A stretch of 53,684 nucleotides of DNA, taken from assembly GCA_964517115.1 (NCBI GenBank), contig CAZFBE010000003.1:1-53684 (forward strand), written 5' to 3'. The notes under the pieces were generated by a model that ran no database searches, was not told the DNA's origin, and saw nothing but the letters and a program-made list of their open reading frames with translations. The position numbers and the translations under genes are program-made. The number at the start of each line of letters is the position of its first letter. Positions within the stretch are counted from its first letter, which is position 1. Source of the DNA: an uncultured bacterium. Lineage in GTDB: Bacteria > UBP7 > UBA6624. Below are positions 1 to 10,119 of the stretch, piece after piece.

Positions 1-66
1 GGCCAAGACAACAAAGGCCAAGACAACAAAGGCCAAGACAACAAAGGCCAAGACAACAAAGGCCAA
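1..66 (+). repeat. 15-bp tandem repeat GGCCAAGACAACAAA x4 plus partial GGCCAA, cut by the window start
   Basis: Read directly: four identical units at 1-60 and a partial unit at 61-66. Confidence 0.97.
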
Positions 67-70
67 ATAG
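2..70 (+). CDS. Probable 3' end of an upstream gene with a basic (AKTTK)4-AK tail
   Basis: Frame 2 of the repeat reads AKTTK x4, AK, then TAG at 68-70, 3 nt before the glyQS ATG, matching the tight packing elsewhere. The 5' part lies outside the window. Confidence 0.55.
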   Translation, partial: AKTTKAKTTKAKTTKAKTTKAK

Positions 71-73
71 GCT

Positions 74-1360
74 ATGCCCGACCTTTCAGAGGTTATATCT
101 TTTTGTTCTAGAAAAGGGTTCATAAACCAAAGTAGTGAAATCTATGGAGGCTTGTCAGGATGTTATGACTATGGTCCAAACGGCTCTCAACTTAAAAGAA
201 GAATTGAAAATATATGGTGGAGTGAGAATGTTGAAAATAGCGATAATATAGTTGGTTTTGACTCTTCAATACTCATGAGAAATGAAGCATGGGAGGCAAG
301 TGGTCATGTTTCCGGATTCCATGACCCAATGGTCGATTGTAGAAAGTGTAAATCGAGATACAGGGCAGATCAGGTTGATGTAAATGAAAATTGTCCTGAT
401 TGCGGAGAGAAAGATTGGACTGATATTCGTCAATTCAACCTTATGCTTTCTACAAAGATTGGAGCAATGGAAGATTCTTCAAAAAAAGTTTATTTGAGGC
501 CTGAAACTGCACAGGGTATTTTTGTTAACGCTATAAATGTTGCTAGAAACTCAAGGCTAACTGTGCCTTTTGGAATAGCTCAAATTGGAAAATCTTTTAG
601 AAATGAAATAACACCAAGAAATTTTCTTTTTAGGGTTAGAGAGTTTACACAAATGGAATTAGAATTTTTTTGTCATCCTGATGAGGCTTCTGGTCTTTTT
701 GAGGAATGGTGCTCTAAGAGAATGTCTTTTTACAAAGACTCTTTAGGGATTGACAGCAATAATTTACATTTTAGAGATCATGAAAATGATGAATTGGCAC
801 ATTACGCTGTTTCATGTAGGGATATTGAATATGATTTTCCATTTGGGGTAAAAGAACTTGAAGGCATTGCTAACAGGGGTGATTTTGATTTAAATCAGCA
901 TATGAAACATAGTAAAAAAAATCTTACCTTGTCACATCCAGAAAAGGGAAAATTTATTCCAGCAGTTGTTGAATCTTCAGCTGGTGTTGACAGGACGCTA
1001 TTGGCTGTTATTTGTGACTCTCTTGACACATCTGATTCAAGCCATGTTATCCTCAAGATAGATCCTCGTCTTGCAAATACACAGGTTGCCATTCTTCCTT
1101 TGGTTAAAAAGGATGGGATGCCAGAAAAAGCATTTGAAATTGAAAAAAATCTTAAAAAATCCTATAGAAAAAAAGTGGAAATTTCAGGATCAATAGGTAA
1201 AAGATATTACAGAGAAGACGAAAATGGAACTCCAATTTGTGTTACTGTTGATGGTGATACTGGATCTGACAATTCTGTTACAGTTAGGTATAGAGACACA
1301 GGAAAACAGGATAGGGTGAAAATAGACTCATTGAATGAATTATTGTCGAGGGTCTTTTAA
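74..1360 (+). CDS. glyQS: Glycine--tRNA ligase, homodimeric alpha2 type
   Basis: IYGGLSGCYDYGPNG, LRPETAQGIF, GKSFRNEITPRNFLFRVREFTQMELEFF, VESSAGVDR and a C-terminal anticodon-binding domain. Confidence 0.97.
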   Translation: MPDLSEVISFCSRKGFINQSSEIYGGLSGCYDYGPNGSQLKRRIENIWWSENVENSDNIVGFDSSILMRNEAWEASGHVSGFHDPMVDCRKCKSRYRADQVDVNENCPDCGEKDWTDIRQFNLMLSTKIGAMEDSSKKVYLRPETAQGIFVNAINVARNSRLTVPFGIAQIGKSFRNEITPRNFLFRVREFTQMELEFFCHPDEASGLFEEWCSKRMSFYKDSLGIDSNNLHFRDHENDELAHYAVSCRDIEYDFPFGVKELEGIANRGDFDLNQHMKHSKKNLTLSHPEKGKFIPAVVESSAGVDRTLLAVICDSLDTSDSSHVILKIDPRLANTQVAILPLVKKDGMPEKAFEIEKNLKKSYRKKVEISGSIGKRYYREDENGTPICVTVDGDTGSDNSVTVRYRDTGKQDRVKIDSLNELLSRVF

Positions 1361-1367
1361 AAGAAAG

Positions 1368-1403
1368 TAGAATGACAAGTTAGATTTTTTAAAGTTAAAG
1401 GAG
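1368..1403 (+). promoter_or_regulatory. Putative -10 element TAGAAT (1368-1373) and Shine-Dalgarno AAGGAG (1398-1403) for hppA
   Basis: Both motifs lie in the 50-nt gap, oriented toward the ATG at 1411. Confidence 0.55.
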
Positions 1404-1410
1404 AAATTAA

Positions 1411-3438
1411 ATGGATACATTAAACAACATACCTGATTATGCTTTGTATATCGGTGTTTTTGCAATTTGCTTTGCTCTAGCTCAAACAAAAAAAGTTAAA
1501 GCAGTAAAAGTTGACAACAAGAAAATGGAGGAAATTGCTGGCCATATAAGAGATGGCGCGATGATGTTCTTGAAGAGAGAATACAGTTTACTTATCTGGT
1601 TTGTTCTGATTGTTGGAGCGAGTTTGGCATGGATATACAACGGTTTGAATGATGGGGATTGGAAAATTGTTATCCCCTTTGTCTTTGGTGCATTTTGTTC
1701 TGCAATAGCTGGGTACATGGGAATGAAGGTCGCAACTGACGCTAATTACAGAACAGCTTATTCTGCACAAAAAGGCCTCAACAATGCACTTTCAGTTGCT
1801 TTTGCTGGAGGTTCAGTTATGGGGATGTACGTTGTTGGTATAGCTTTATTTGGAGTTGCAGTTCTTTATGGATGGCTTGAAGGAGTTTATTCAGGGAATT
1901 TACAACAAGCTGTAAACATACTAATAGGGTTTTCCCTAGGGGCTTCTTCAATTGCCTTATTTGCAAGAGTTGGAGGTGGAATTTATACGAAAGCTGCTGA
2001 TGTGGGTGCTGATTTAGTTGGAAAGGTTGAAATGGACATTCCAGAAGATGACCCTAGAAACCCTGCAACTATTGCTGACAATGTTGGAGATAATGTTGGT
2101 GATGTTGCTGGTATGGGTGCTGATCTTTTTGAGTCTTATGTAGGTGCAATTATAGGAGCAATGATTCTTGCATTTGGTATTCAGAATTACACCTTAGGTC
2201 ACATAATGTTGCCATTAGCATTTGCTTCAATTGGTATTATTTGTAGTGTTATTGGAACATTCATGGTCAAAACTAAAGAAGGGGGCAACCCTCAACATGC
2301 TCTGGATAAAGGTTCTATAACTGCTGGCATTTTGTTTATTGTTTCTTCTTATTTCTTAACCCACAATTGGATTCCAACAAATGATGGTCAGAATATATTC
2401 TGGACGGTTGTTGCTGGACTGGGTGTAGGTATAGTTGTTGGAAAATTAACTGAATACTACACAAGCGATGAGGCGAAACCGGCTCAAGGGATTGCAAAAG
2501 ACTCTTTGACTGGAAGTGCGACAAACATAATTTCAGGATTGTCTGTTGGGATGGTTAGTACTGCATATCCTGTAATTGCAATATGTGCAGGAATAGTAAT
2601 AGCTAATTCATTAATGGGTTTGTATGGAATTGCTATAGCTGCTGTTGGCATGCTTGCAACACTTGGAATACAGTTGGCTGTAGATGCTTATGGCCCAATA
2701 GCTGACAATGCTGGGGGTATAGCTGAAATGTCCGGTCTTCCAAAGGAAGTTAGAGAAAGGACCGATAAGTTAGACGCTGTCGGAAACACTACTGCTGCTG
2801 TCGGAAAAGGTTTTGCTATAGGTTCTGCTGCATTGACAAGTTTGGCATTGTTTGCTGGGTTTATGGCTGCAGCAAAATTGCAAGTTTTAAATGTTGCAAA
2901 TCCACAAACGTTGGCTGGGATGCTTTTAGGAGGAATGTTGCCATTTTTATTTTCTTCAATGGCTATGACTGCCGTTGGTAAAGCAGCATATGAAATGGTT
3001 GAAGAAGTAAGAAGGCAATTTAAAGAAATTCCAGGACTTCTTGAAGGAAAGGCTCAAGCTGATTATGCAAGATGCGTTGACATATCAACACAGGGAGCTT
3101 TGAGGCAAATGGTTATGCCAGGACTTCTTGCAATTTTCTCTCCAATCATTGTGGGAAAGATTGGAGGAGCTGAAATGCTAGGAGGGTTGCTTGCTGGCTC
3201 ATTGACAAGTGGTGTCATGATGGCTATATTTATGGCAAATTCGGGTGGAGCCTGGGACAATGCTAAAAAATATATAGAAAAAGGTTCACATGGAGGAAAA
3301 GGTTCACAAGCTCACAAAGCCGCTGTTGTTGGAGACACTGTAGGAGATCCTTTCAAGGATACTGCAGGACCAAGTTTAAACATTTTGTTAAAACTAATGG
3401 CAGTCGTGAGTTTAGTCATAGCTCCTTTTATTGGTTGA
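1411..3438 (+). CDS. hppA: Membrane-integral pyrophosphatase, K+-stimulated, probably Na+-pumping
   Basis: [47 protein letters not shown] and [14 protein letters not shown] motifs; many TM helices. Confidence 0.97.
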   Translation: MDTLNNIPDYALYIGVFAICFALAQTKKVKAVKVDNKKMEEIAGHIRDGAMMFLKREYSLLIWFVLIVGASLAWIYNGLNDGDWKIVIPFVFGAFCSAIAGYMGMKVATDANYRTAYSAQKGLNNALSVAFAGGSVMGMYVVGIALFGVAVLYGWLEGVYSGNLQQAVNILIGFSLGASSIALFARVGGGIYTKAADVGADLVGKVEMDIPEDDPRNPATIADNVGDNVGDVAGMGADLFESYVGAIIGAMILAFGIQNYTLGHIMLPLAFASIGIICSVIGTFMVKTKEGGNPQHALDKGSITAGILFIVSSYFLTHNWIPTNDGQNIFWTVVAGLGVGIVVGKLTEYYTSDEAKPAQGIAKDSLTGSATNIISGLSVGMVSTAYPVIAICAGIVIANSLMGLYGIAIAAVGMLATLGIQLAVDAYGPIADNAGGIAEMSGLPKEVRERTDKLDAVGNTTAAVGKGFAIGSAALTSLALFAGFMAAAKLQVLNVANPQTLAGMLLGGMLPFLFSSMAMTAVGKAAYEMVEEVRRQFKEIPGLLEGKAQADYARCVDISTQGALRQMVMPGLLAIFSPIIVGKIGGAEMLGGLLAGSLTSGVMMAIFMANSGGAWDNAKKYIEKGSHGGKGSQAHKAAVVGDTVGDPFKDTAGPSLNILLKLMAVVSLVIAPFIG

Positions 3439-4327
3439 TTTGAGAGGTTTAGTCAGTTCTAGGGAATTAAACAAAGACAATCTAGAGGTTTTATTTTCGG
3501 ATGCTAAATCTTTAAAAGGTAAAAAAACAAAAAAAACATTGTCTCAGAATTTAGGTTCTTTTGAGTTGGGAACCGTGGCACTGCTTTTTGAAGAGCCTTC
3601 AACACGAACCAAGACATCTTTTAACGAGGCTGTCTATACACTTGGAGGAAGGACTGTTTATTTTGACTTTAAGAGCTCTTCCTTGTCAAAAGGGGAAACT
3701 TTTGAGGAAACCATTTTCAATTTAAATTCTTTAGAAATTAATGGGATCGTTATGAGAACATCACAAGAAGGCTTGCCTTCTAGATTGAAAAAACTAAATT
3801 TAAATATGTGGATAATAAATGCAGGAGATGGAAAAGGAGAGCATCCAACGCAAGCCCTAGGGGATACTTTTTGTTTAATGAACTCAATTGGATTAAACAA
3901 AAAAAGAATAACGATAATTGGAGATGTTGAACATAGTAGAGTTGCACATTCCCTGATTAACCTTTGGCCAAGATTAGGTGTTGAGTTATCTTTGTTGCCG
4001 ACATCAAAATTCAAAACCAGATTAAACACCTTCGAGAGCCTGGAAGAGGCACAAGACAATTCTGATGTCTTGTATGCTTTAAGGCCTCAAAAGGAAAGAT
4101 GGGATGAAGAAGGTGCCAATGTTATTGATTCTTACTCAAGATTAACAGTCAAATCATTAAATGAAAATCAATACTTAATGGCACCTGGCCCAACAATGCC
4201 TGATGTTGATATTTCTTTAGGATTAATTCATCATGAAAGATCTCTTGTCTTTCAGCAGGTTAACTGGGGTATTTATGGAAGAATGGCTATAATGAGACAC
4301 TTGAGTAATGGTGGAAAATTTGAATAA
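3431..4327 (+). CDS. pyrB: Aspartate carbamoyltransferase catalytic subunit (TTG start)
   Basis: [26 protein letters not shown] and [11 protein letters not shown] motifs; adjacent to carA. Confidence 0.92.
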   Translation: MVDLRGLVSSRELNKDNLEVLFSDAKSLKGKKTKKTLSQNLGSFELGTVALLFEEPSTRTKTSFNEAVYTLGGRTVYFDFKSSSLSKGETFEETIFNLNSLEINGIVMRTSQEGLPSRLKKLNLNMWIINAGDGKGEHPTQALGDTFCLMNSIGLNKKRITIIGDVEHSRVAHSLINLWPRLGVELSLLPTSKFKTRLNTFESLEEAQDNSDVLYALRPQKERWDEEGANVIDSYSRLTVKSLNENQYLMAPGPTMPDVDISLGLIHHERSLVFQQVNWGIYGRMAIMRHLSNGGKFE

Positions 4328-5381
4328 GGCTTTTTTGGCACTGAATGACGGAACCGTTTATGAAGGTGTTTCAATAGGAAAGCAAGCAACCAGTGTCGGC
4401 GAGATTGTCTTTACAACAAACATGACAGGATATCAAGAGGTTCTAACGGATCCTTCATATGCTGGACAGATTGTCACTTTCACATATCCGATGATTGGGA
4501 ATTATGGTGTTTCTAGTGATTTTGATGAATCAACCTGTGAAGCTGCAAAAGGTTTGATAATCAAAGAGTTTCATGGTTTAGCAACAGAAAAGAGAGAAGG
4601 TTTGGATTCTTGGCTAAAAGAAAAAAATATCACAGGGATATCTGAGATAGATACAAGGTCTTTAACTCAAAAAATAAGATCAAAAGGAGTTGTCCCAGGG
4701 GGGATTAGTTCAATCCTCAGTAGCAAAGATTTGGTCAAGGTTGTAAAAGATTCTCCAGCAATAGAAAGTTTAGATTTGGTTAGCGGGGTAAGCGTAAAAA
4801 ATAAAATCACCCATGATGGAGATGGCCCTGTTATTGCTTTATTGGACCTTGGTGTTAAAAAATCAATTATCAAATATTTGCTCCAAGAAGGTTTTAAAGT
4901 GGTTCAATATCCCTGTTCAACAACGGCAGAAGAAATCCTAAATGATAATCCTGATGGGGTTGTTGTTAGTCCAGGGCCTGGAGACCCAAAGGCAGTGGGT
5001 GGGATTGTTGACACTGTCCGAATTCTTGCAAAAGCAAAACCTTACTTAGGCATATGCCTCGGACACCAGCTACTTGCTTTAGCTTTTGGAGGAGATACAT
5101 TTAAATTGAAGTTTGGTCACAGAGGAGGCAATCACCCAGTTCTTGATAATTCAACTGGTCGAGCTGTTATCACAACACAGAATCATGGATACTCTGTTGA
5201 TCCTGCTAGTTTAAAAAATACAGATCTTCATGTAACACATACTGCATTGAATGATAATACTGTAGAAGGTATAGCTCACAAAAGCCTTCCCGTTATGGCT
5301 ATCCAGTTTCATCCAGAAGCAAGCCCTGGCCCTCTAGATAGTTTAGGTATTTTTTCTAAATTTAAAAAAATATTTAATTAG
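4308..5381 (+). CDS. carA: Carbamoyl-phosphate synthase small chain (alternative TTG start at 4320)
   Basis: GYQEVLTDPSYAGQIVTFTYPMIGNYG, SPGPGDP, GICLGHQ (catalytic Cys) and QFHPEA. Confidence 0.96.
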   Translation: MVENLNKAFLALNDGTVYEGVSIGKQATSVGEIVFTTNMTGYQEVLTDPSYAGQIVTFTYPMIGNYGVSSDFDESTCEAAKGLIIKEFHGLATEKREGLDSWLKEKNITGISEIDTRSLTQKIRSKGVVPGGISSILSSKDLVKVVKDSPAIESLDLVSGVSVKNKITHDGDGPVIALLDLGVKKSIIKYLLQEGFKVVQYPCSTTAEEILNDNPDGVVVSPGPGDPKAVGGIVDTVRILAKAKPYLGICLGHQLLALAFGGDTFKLKFGHRGGNHPVLDNSTGRAVITTQNHGYSVDPASLKNTDLHVTHTALNDNTVEGIAHKSLPVMAIQFHPEASPGPLDSLGIFSKFKKIFN

Positions 5382-5964
5382 TTTTTAAATTTAAATCTAT
5401 CCAATCCTGTAGTTTTTTCATGTTTTTTCCTCTATGAGAAACTTTTTCTTTTTCCAAGATTGGAACTTTTCCAAAAGATTTATTTAAATCTTTGCTGAAG
5501 AAAATTGGATCATATCCAAAACCTTGATCCCCAGAGGGTTTTTCTAGAATAGAGCCTTCACAAGATGATTCCCAAAAGATTGTTCCATGTTGGTTTGAGA
5601 TTAATGCAAAAACTGAAACATATCTCGCGGTTCTTTTTTCAACAGGTACGCCTTTTAATTCTTGCAGCATTTTTTTATTGGCGGATTCTTCTGTTCTTCC
5701 ATATCGTGCAGAATGAACTCCAGGTCTTCCTCCAAGAGCATCAACCTCTATTCCAGCATCTTCAGAGATGATTACAAATGATTTATCAATTTTGTTTTTC
5801 CAGTAATCTGCCTTTATAAGAGCATTATCTCGAAATGTTTTGCCATTTTCTTCTGGAGTGTCTTTTAACTCAAGGTCTGAAAGGGAAAAGATTTGACAAT
5901 TTTTAATAGATTTTGAAAATTCTTTAATCTTGCCTTTCGAATGTGTTGCAAAAAGTATTTTCAT
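5374..5964 (-). CDS. rdgB: Non-canonical purine NTP pyrophosphatase (RdgB/HAM1)
   Basis: TFRDNALIKA, DALGGRPGVHSARY, FGYDPIF and SHRGK. Confidence 0.95.
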   Translation of the reverse strand: MKILFATHSKGKIKEFSKSIKNCQIFSLSDLELKDTPEENGKTFRDNALIKADYWKNKIDKSFVIISEDAGIEVDALGGRPGVHSARYGRTEESANKKMLQELKGVPVEKRTARYVSVFALISNQHGTIFWESSCEGSILEKPSGDQGFGYDPIFFSKDLNKSFGKVPILEKEKVSHRGKNMKKLQDWIDLNLKTN

Positions 5965-5968
5965 TAAT

Positions 5969-6916
5969 TTATTTTTCTTTTAATATGAAAATTTTGTCTC
6001 CAGTTTCGAATTTGAAATTTGGAGCAGGGTTGATGTATGTTTCTCCTTTTCTTCTAACAGCAAGGACGATACCTTTTTCCTTTTCTCTTATATTGCTCTC
6101 CGATATAGTTTTTTGATTAAGGTAATTTGATTCAACTTTAAGTTCATGGATAGGATTTTTTGAACTTGAGTTTGTTATTATTTCTAGAAAGTCATGTTTT
6201 TCTGGATTTTTTACCGCCCTGGCTAACCATGGTCCTATAAGTTCAAAAGGAGAAATAACCTTATTCGCTCCTGCTTGCCTCAATCTTGCAACAGCATCTT
6301 TTGAGAAAGCTCTAGCAACAATTGAAATTTCAGGCGAAAGATTCCTTGCTGCCAAGGTTAGAAAAACATTATCTGAATCAGATCCAAGGCACGCTATTAA
6401 GCCGCTTGCTTTTTCTACCCCTGCTTTTAAAAGGGTGTCATCAATTGTTGCATCCCCAAGAACATATGAATTTTTTTTATTTTGAATTTCAGAAATTTCT
6501 TCTTGGTTTTTTTCTATAATTACAAATTTTTTATTTGATTTTTCCAATTCTTCAGCTACCTTTTTCCCCATTCTTCCTAAACCGCAAATAATTACATGTT
6601 TAGATGTTTTTTTTATTGTTTGTTCCATTCTTCCTCTCCTGTAAATTTCTCTAAAATGTCCGTCTGAAATTGCCTTTGTTGTTTCTATAACCACCAACGA
6701 GAATACCGAAAGTCCACTCATTATCAAGATCATTCCGATTAATTTTCCCGGGTTAGTTTCAGGCCCGGCAACATTTCCTACTGTGCTTATTGTTGTTATC
6801 GTTAGATAAAGTGCATCTGCTGTTTCAAGGCCTTCCCATTTTTTAAAAGCTTCAGTTCCGATAACTATTATGAGAAGAAGAGTGGCTAAAAGCCCACTTA
6901 TTTTTCTTCTATTCAT
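5969..6916 (-). CDS. 2-TM ion channel with RCK/TrkA domains (MthK-like) and an atypical filter
   Basis: TM-pore-TM N-terminus (DALYLTITTISTVGNVAG), TrkA_N ICGLGRMG and GDAT, C-terminal TrkA_C. Confidence 0.88.
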   Translation of the reverse strand: MNRRKISGLLATLLLIIVIGTEAFKKWEGLETADALYLTITTISTVGNVAGPETNPGKLIGMILIMSGLSVFSLVVIETTKAISDGHFREIYRRGRMEQTIKKTSKHVIICGLGRMGKKVAEELEKSNKKFVIIEKNQEEISEIQNKKNSYVLGDATIDDTLLKAGVEKASGLIACLGSDSDNVFLTLAARNLSPEISIVARAFSKDAVARLRQAGANKVISPFELIGPWLARAVKNPEKHDFLEIITNSSSKNPIHELKVESNYLNQKTISESNIREKEKGIVLAVRRKGETYINPAPNFKFETGDKIFILKEK

Positions 6917-7919
6917 TATTTAAGCCCCTTCTCCCTCCTGCTTCTTTCATGAGGGGTTTCCACCATTCCTGATTATTGATGTACCATCTAACTGTTTCTT
7001 GTATTCCTTCAGTAAAATTTATTTCCGGTTTCCAGCCTAGGTTTTCTCTTATTTTTTTGTCATTAACTTCATATCTCCAATCATGACCAGGTCTGTCTTT
7101 TACAAATTCAATTTTCTCCTCAGCTATATCCATAAATGACAATATGTCTTTGGCTATTTCTATATTTCTTTTTGGATTGTCTGCACCGATGTTGTATATC
7201 TCTCCACTCAGGCCTTTTTGCCAAACCGCCTCTATTGCTTTTATGTGGTCATTTACATGAATCCAATCTCTGATATTCCTTCCATCTCCATACATTGGTA
7301 AATTTTCGTTATTTAGAGCTTTTTTTATTAATACTGGAATTAATTTTTCAGGATATTGATATGGTCCATAATTATTTGAACATCTTGTTATGCAAATATC
7401 CATTCCAAAAGTTTCATAGTAAGAGAGGCAGAGGAGGTCAGAAGATGCTTTTGATGCAGAGTAGGGGGATCTTGGAAGCAAAGGACATTCCTCAGTGCTT
7501 GGTTTTTCAGATTCATTTAATGAACCATAAACTTCATCAGTGCTAACTGCAATGAATCTTTCAACATCCACTTTCTTTGATTCTTCCAACAAGCAATGTG
7601 TTCCAAGTATGTTTGTTGTAATGAAGTCATCTGAATTGTCTATGGATCTGTCAACATGAGATTCGGCAGCAAAATGTATTACAGAGTTTGTATTTTGAAA
7701 AATTTCAGAAAGTAGTTTTTTGTCTCTTATATCACCATGAACAAGTTGATAATTAGAAAAATTCTCTATTTCCTTTAAATTTAATTTATTGCCAGCGTAT
7801 GTTAGTAAATCTAAATTGATAAAGTTACATTCTTCGTATTTTGGAACTGCATATCTTAAAAAAGCACTACCTATAAAACCACATCCACCAGTAATTAAGA
7901 TATTTTTTTTCAATTTCAT
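6909..7919 (-). CDS. rfbB: dTDP-glucose 4,6-dehydratase
   Basis: ITGGCGFIGS, HFAAESHVDRSI, STDEVYGS, YSASK and RCSNNYGPYQYPEKLIP. Confidence 0.96.
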   Translation of the reverse strand: MKLKKNILITGGCGFIGSAFLRYAVPKYEECNFINLDLLTYAGNKLNLKEIENFSNYQLVHGDIRDKKLLSEIFQNTNSVIHFAAESHVDRSIDNSDDFITTNILGTHCLLEESKKVDVERFIAVSTDEVYGSLNESEKPSTEECPLLPRSPYSASKASSDLLCLSYYETFGMDICITRCSNNYGPYQYPEKLIPVLIKKALNNENLPMYGDGRNIRDWIHVNDHIKAIEAVWQKGLSGEIYNIGADNPKRNIEIAKDILSFMDIAEEKIEFVKDRPGHDWRYEVNDKKIRENLGWKPEINFTEGIQETVRWYINNQEWWKPLMKEAGGRRGLNNE

Positions 7920-8008
7920 TTTAATATTAAACTCTTTGTGATTTTTTTAGTATTTTTTCCCCTGTTTTTTGGGTCTTTTATTGAGTTTTTAATTCGAATA
8001 ATCTCCAT
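7916..8008 (-). CDS. Candidate 30-aa basic micro-ORF ([30 protein letters not shown]) bridging ahcY and rfbB
   Basis: Hand-translated. Its ATG overlaps the ahcY stop (TAATG) and its TGA overlaps the rfbB start (ATGA). No homology evidence. Confidence 0.5.
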   Translation of the reverse strand: MEIIRIKNSIKDPKNRGKNTKKITKSLILK

Positions 8009-9468
8009 TAATATCTGTAATCTTCTGACTTGTAGGGACCTTCGACAGATACTTGTATGTACTTTTCTTGCTCTTTTGTTAATTTTGTTAATTTTCCATT
8101 GAAGTGCTTCATGTGAAGTTTTGCGACTTTTTCATCCAGTTTTTTGCTAAGAGTTTCGACCCCTATTTTGTAATTGTTTTTAAATAAATCAATTTGTGCT
8201 AAAACCTGGTTAGCAAAAGAGCAAGACATAACCAAGGAAGGATGTCCTGTTGCGCAAGCGAGATTAACCAATCTTCCCTCAGCCAGGATGATAATTGAAT
8301 TCGATGATTTCAAAAAAGTCCAAAGGTGTACGTTTTCCTTAATTTCTTCTTTTGTCACCTTTTTTTCTTTTTCTAATTTTTCTAGGCCAAGCATGTCTAT
8401 CTCGTTATCAAAGTGTCCTATGTTGCACACTATCGAGTTGTTTTTCATTTTTCGCATGTGGTTTGTATTTATTATGTTTTTGTTTCCTGTCGCTGTTACA
8501 TAGATGTCAAAACCTTCTTTGATGGCATCTTCTACCGTTATGACCCTGAGTCCTTTCATGCATGCTTGTAGTGCGCATATTGGATCTATTTCAGAAACTG
8601 CAACAATTGCATTTTGACCCAATAAAGATTCACATGATCCTTTTCCAACATCTCCATAGCCACAAACAAGTGCTTTTTTACCACTAATCAGGTTGTCTGT
8701 CGCTCTGTTTAAAGAGTCAACTAGTGAATGTCTACAGCCATAAATGTTATCAAATTTACTTTTTGTCACAGAGTCATTTACATTTATTGCTGGGAATAAA
8801 AGATTTTTCGAATTATGCATTTGTTTCAACCTAAGGACTCCAGTTGTTGTTTCTTCGCTTACCCCCCTTATGCCTTGGGCCATTTTTTTCCAATAGTTAT
8901 TTCCAAATTCTTTTTTTACCTTTTTTAGAAGTTTATTTATTATTTTCTGATCTAAGCTATTTTCTTTTTCGAGATTTGATGTTTTTTCAAATTTAACGCC
9001 TTGGTGGATTAATAGAGTGACATCTCCTCCATCATCAATAATCAGATTAGGGTTTCGTTTTCCCCAGTTTAAAGATTGGAAAACACACCACCAGTATTCT
9101 TTTAGAGACTCACCTTTCCAAGCAAATACTGGTATTCTTTTTGACGCGATATAGCAGGCTGCATGATCTTGAGTAGAAAATATGTTGCATGATGACCATC
9201 TCACTTCTGCACCTAATTCAATCAGTGTTTCAATTAGTATTGCAGTTTGAACAGTCATGTGCAGGCAGCCAGTTATGAGGGCTCCCTTTAGGGGTTTGTT
9301 TTTGTACTCTTTCGAAAGTTCTGTTAGGCCAGGCATTTCTCTTTTTGAGATTCTTATGTCTTTTTCGCCTAAAGCTATCATTTTTTTTGAACTTGAAGAA
9401 ACTAAATTCTCTAAGCTTTTCAATTCAAAATTTTCAATTATGCTTTTGTCAAAATTTATTTTTGTCAT
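8008..9468 (-). CDS. ahcY: Adenosylhomocysteinase
   Basis: [46 protein letters not shown] and GYGDVGKG. Confidence 0.97.
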   Translation of the reverse strand: MTKINFDKSIIENFELKSLENLVSSSSKKMIALGEKDIRISKREMPGLTELSKEYKNKPLKGALITGCLHMTVQTAILIETLIELGAEVRWSSCNIFSTQDHAACYIASKRIPVFAWKGESLKEYWWCVFQSLNWGKRNPNLIIDDGGDVTLLIHQGVKFEKTSNLEKENSLDQKIINKLLKKVKKEFGNNYWKKMAQGIRGVSEETTTGVLRLKQMHNSKNLLFPAINVNDSVTKSKFDNIYGCRHSLVDSLNRATDNLISGKKALVCGYGDVGKGSCESLLGQNAIVAVSEIDPICALQACMKGLRVITVEDAIKEGFDIYVTATGNKNIINTNHMRKMKNNSIVCNIGHFDNEIDMLGLEKLEKEKKVTKEEIKENVHLWTFLKSSNSIIILAEGRLVNLACATGHPSLVMSCSFANQVLAQIDLFKNNYKIGVETLSKKLDEKVAKLHMKHFNGKLTKLTKEQEKYIQVSVEGPYKSEDYRY

Positions 9469-10119
9469 TTAGTTATTTATCCAATCCTCTTTCAGATATA
9501 CATTGTATTCAATTTCTGTTTTCAAATCAGTTGTCGGGCCATGTCCGGGAAGCAGGTCGTAATTGTGAGGTATTTTGTTTATAACAGCTTTTAAAGAATT
9601 TTTCATTTCTTTTTCATCACCTCCGGGAAGGTCCATCCTCCCTATTGATCCATTGAATATTAAATCACCACATAAAACATAGGATTTTCCAATAAAAATA
9701 ACATGCCCTGGAGAATGCCCTGGGGTTTCTAAGATTTTTAGAGATTCCCCATTTGGCAGAATGATTTTTTCAAGGTTTAATTTTTTTATTTTTTTTGGCA
9801 TTGGTAAATTGAACAACCCAAACATTTGACCGGAGTCTTTTTTAACCAAATGATAATCTTTTTCATTCAGGTAGACAGAAGAATTAAAAACATCTTGTAT
9901 TTTTTTTACACCTATCCAATGATCTAAATGCCCATGAGTTAAGTATATTTTTTTTATCTGTAGATTTTCTTCATTTACTTTTTTGACAATTCTTTCAGGG
10001 TCTCCACTTGGGTCAAAGACGATAGCTTCTTTTTCTCCCTCAAAACTCATCAGGTAAGAATTTGTTCCAAATGGAGGTTGTTCAAATTTCCTTATTGTTA
10101 TTTTTTGATATTTTTTCAT
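9469..10119 (-). CDS. MBL-fold metallo-hydrolase (glyoxalase II-like)
   Basis: THGHLDH, TPGHSPGH, GDLIF..SIGRMDLPGG and PGHG; usual neighbour of dtd. Confidence 0.93.
   Translation of the reverse strand: MKKYQKITIRKFEQPPFGTNSYLMSFEGEKEAIVFDPSGDPERIVKKVNEENLQIKKIYLTHGHLDHWIGVKKIQDVFNSSVYLNEKDYHLVKKDSGQMFGLFNLPMPKKIKKLNLEKIILPNGESLKILETPGHSPGHVIFIGKSYVLCGDLIFNGSIGRMDLPGGDEKEMKNSLKAVINKIPHNYDLLPGHGPTTDLKTEIEYNVYLKEDWINN

Noticed and set aside
1-66. The tandem repeat as a CRISPR array or iterons
   Set aside because: The units are contiguous 15-mers with no spacers, there are no cas or rep genes, and one frame reads into a well-placed stop.
9469-9560. SAH or SAM riboswitch upstream of ahcY
   Set aside because: The upstream MBL gene abuts the ahcY start, leaving no leader.
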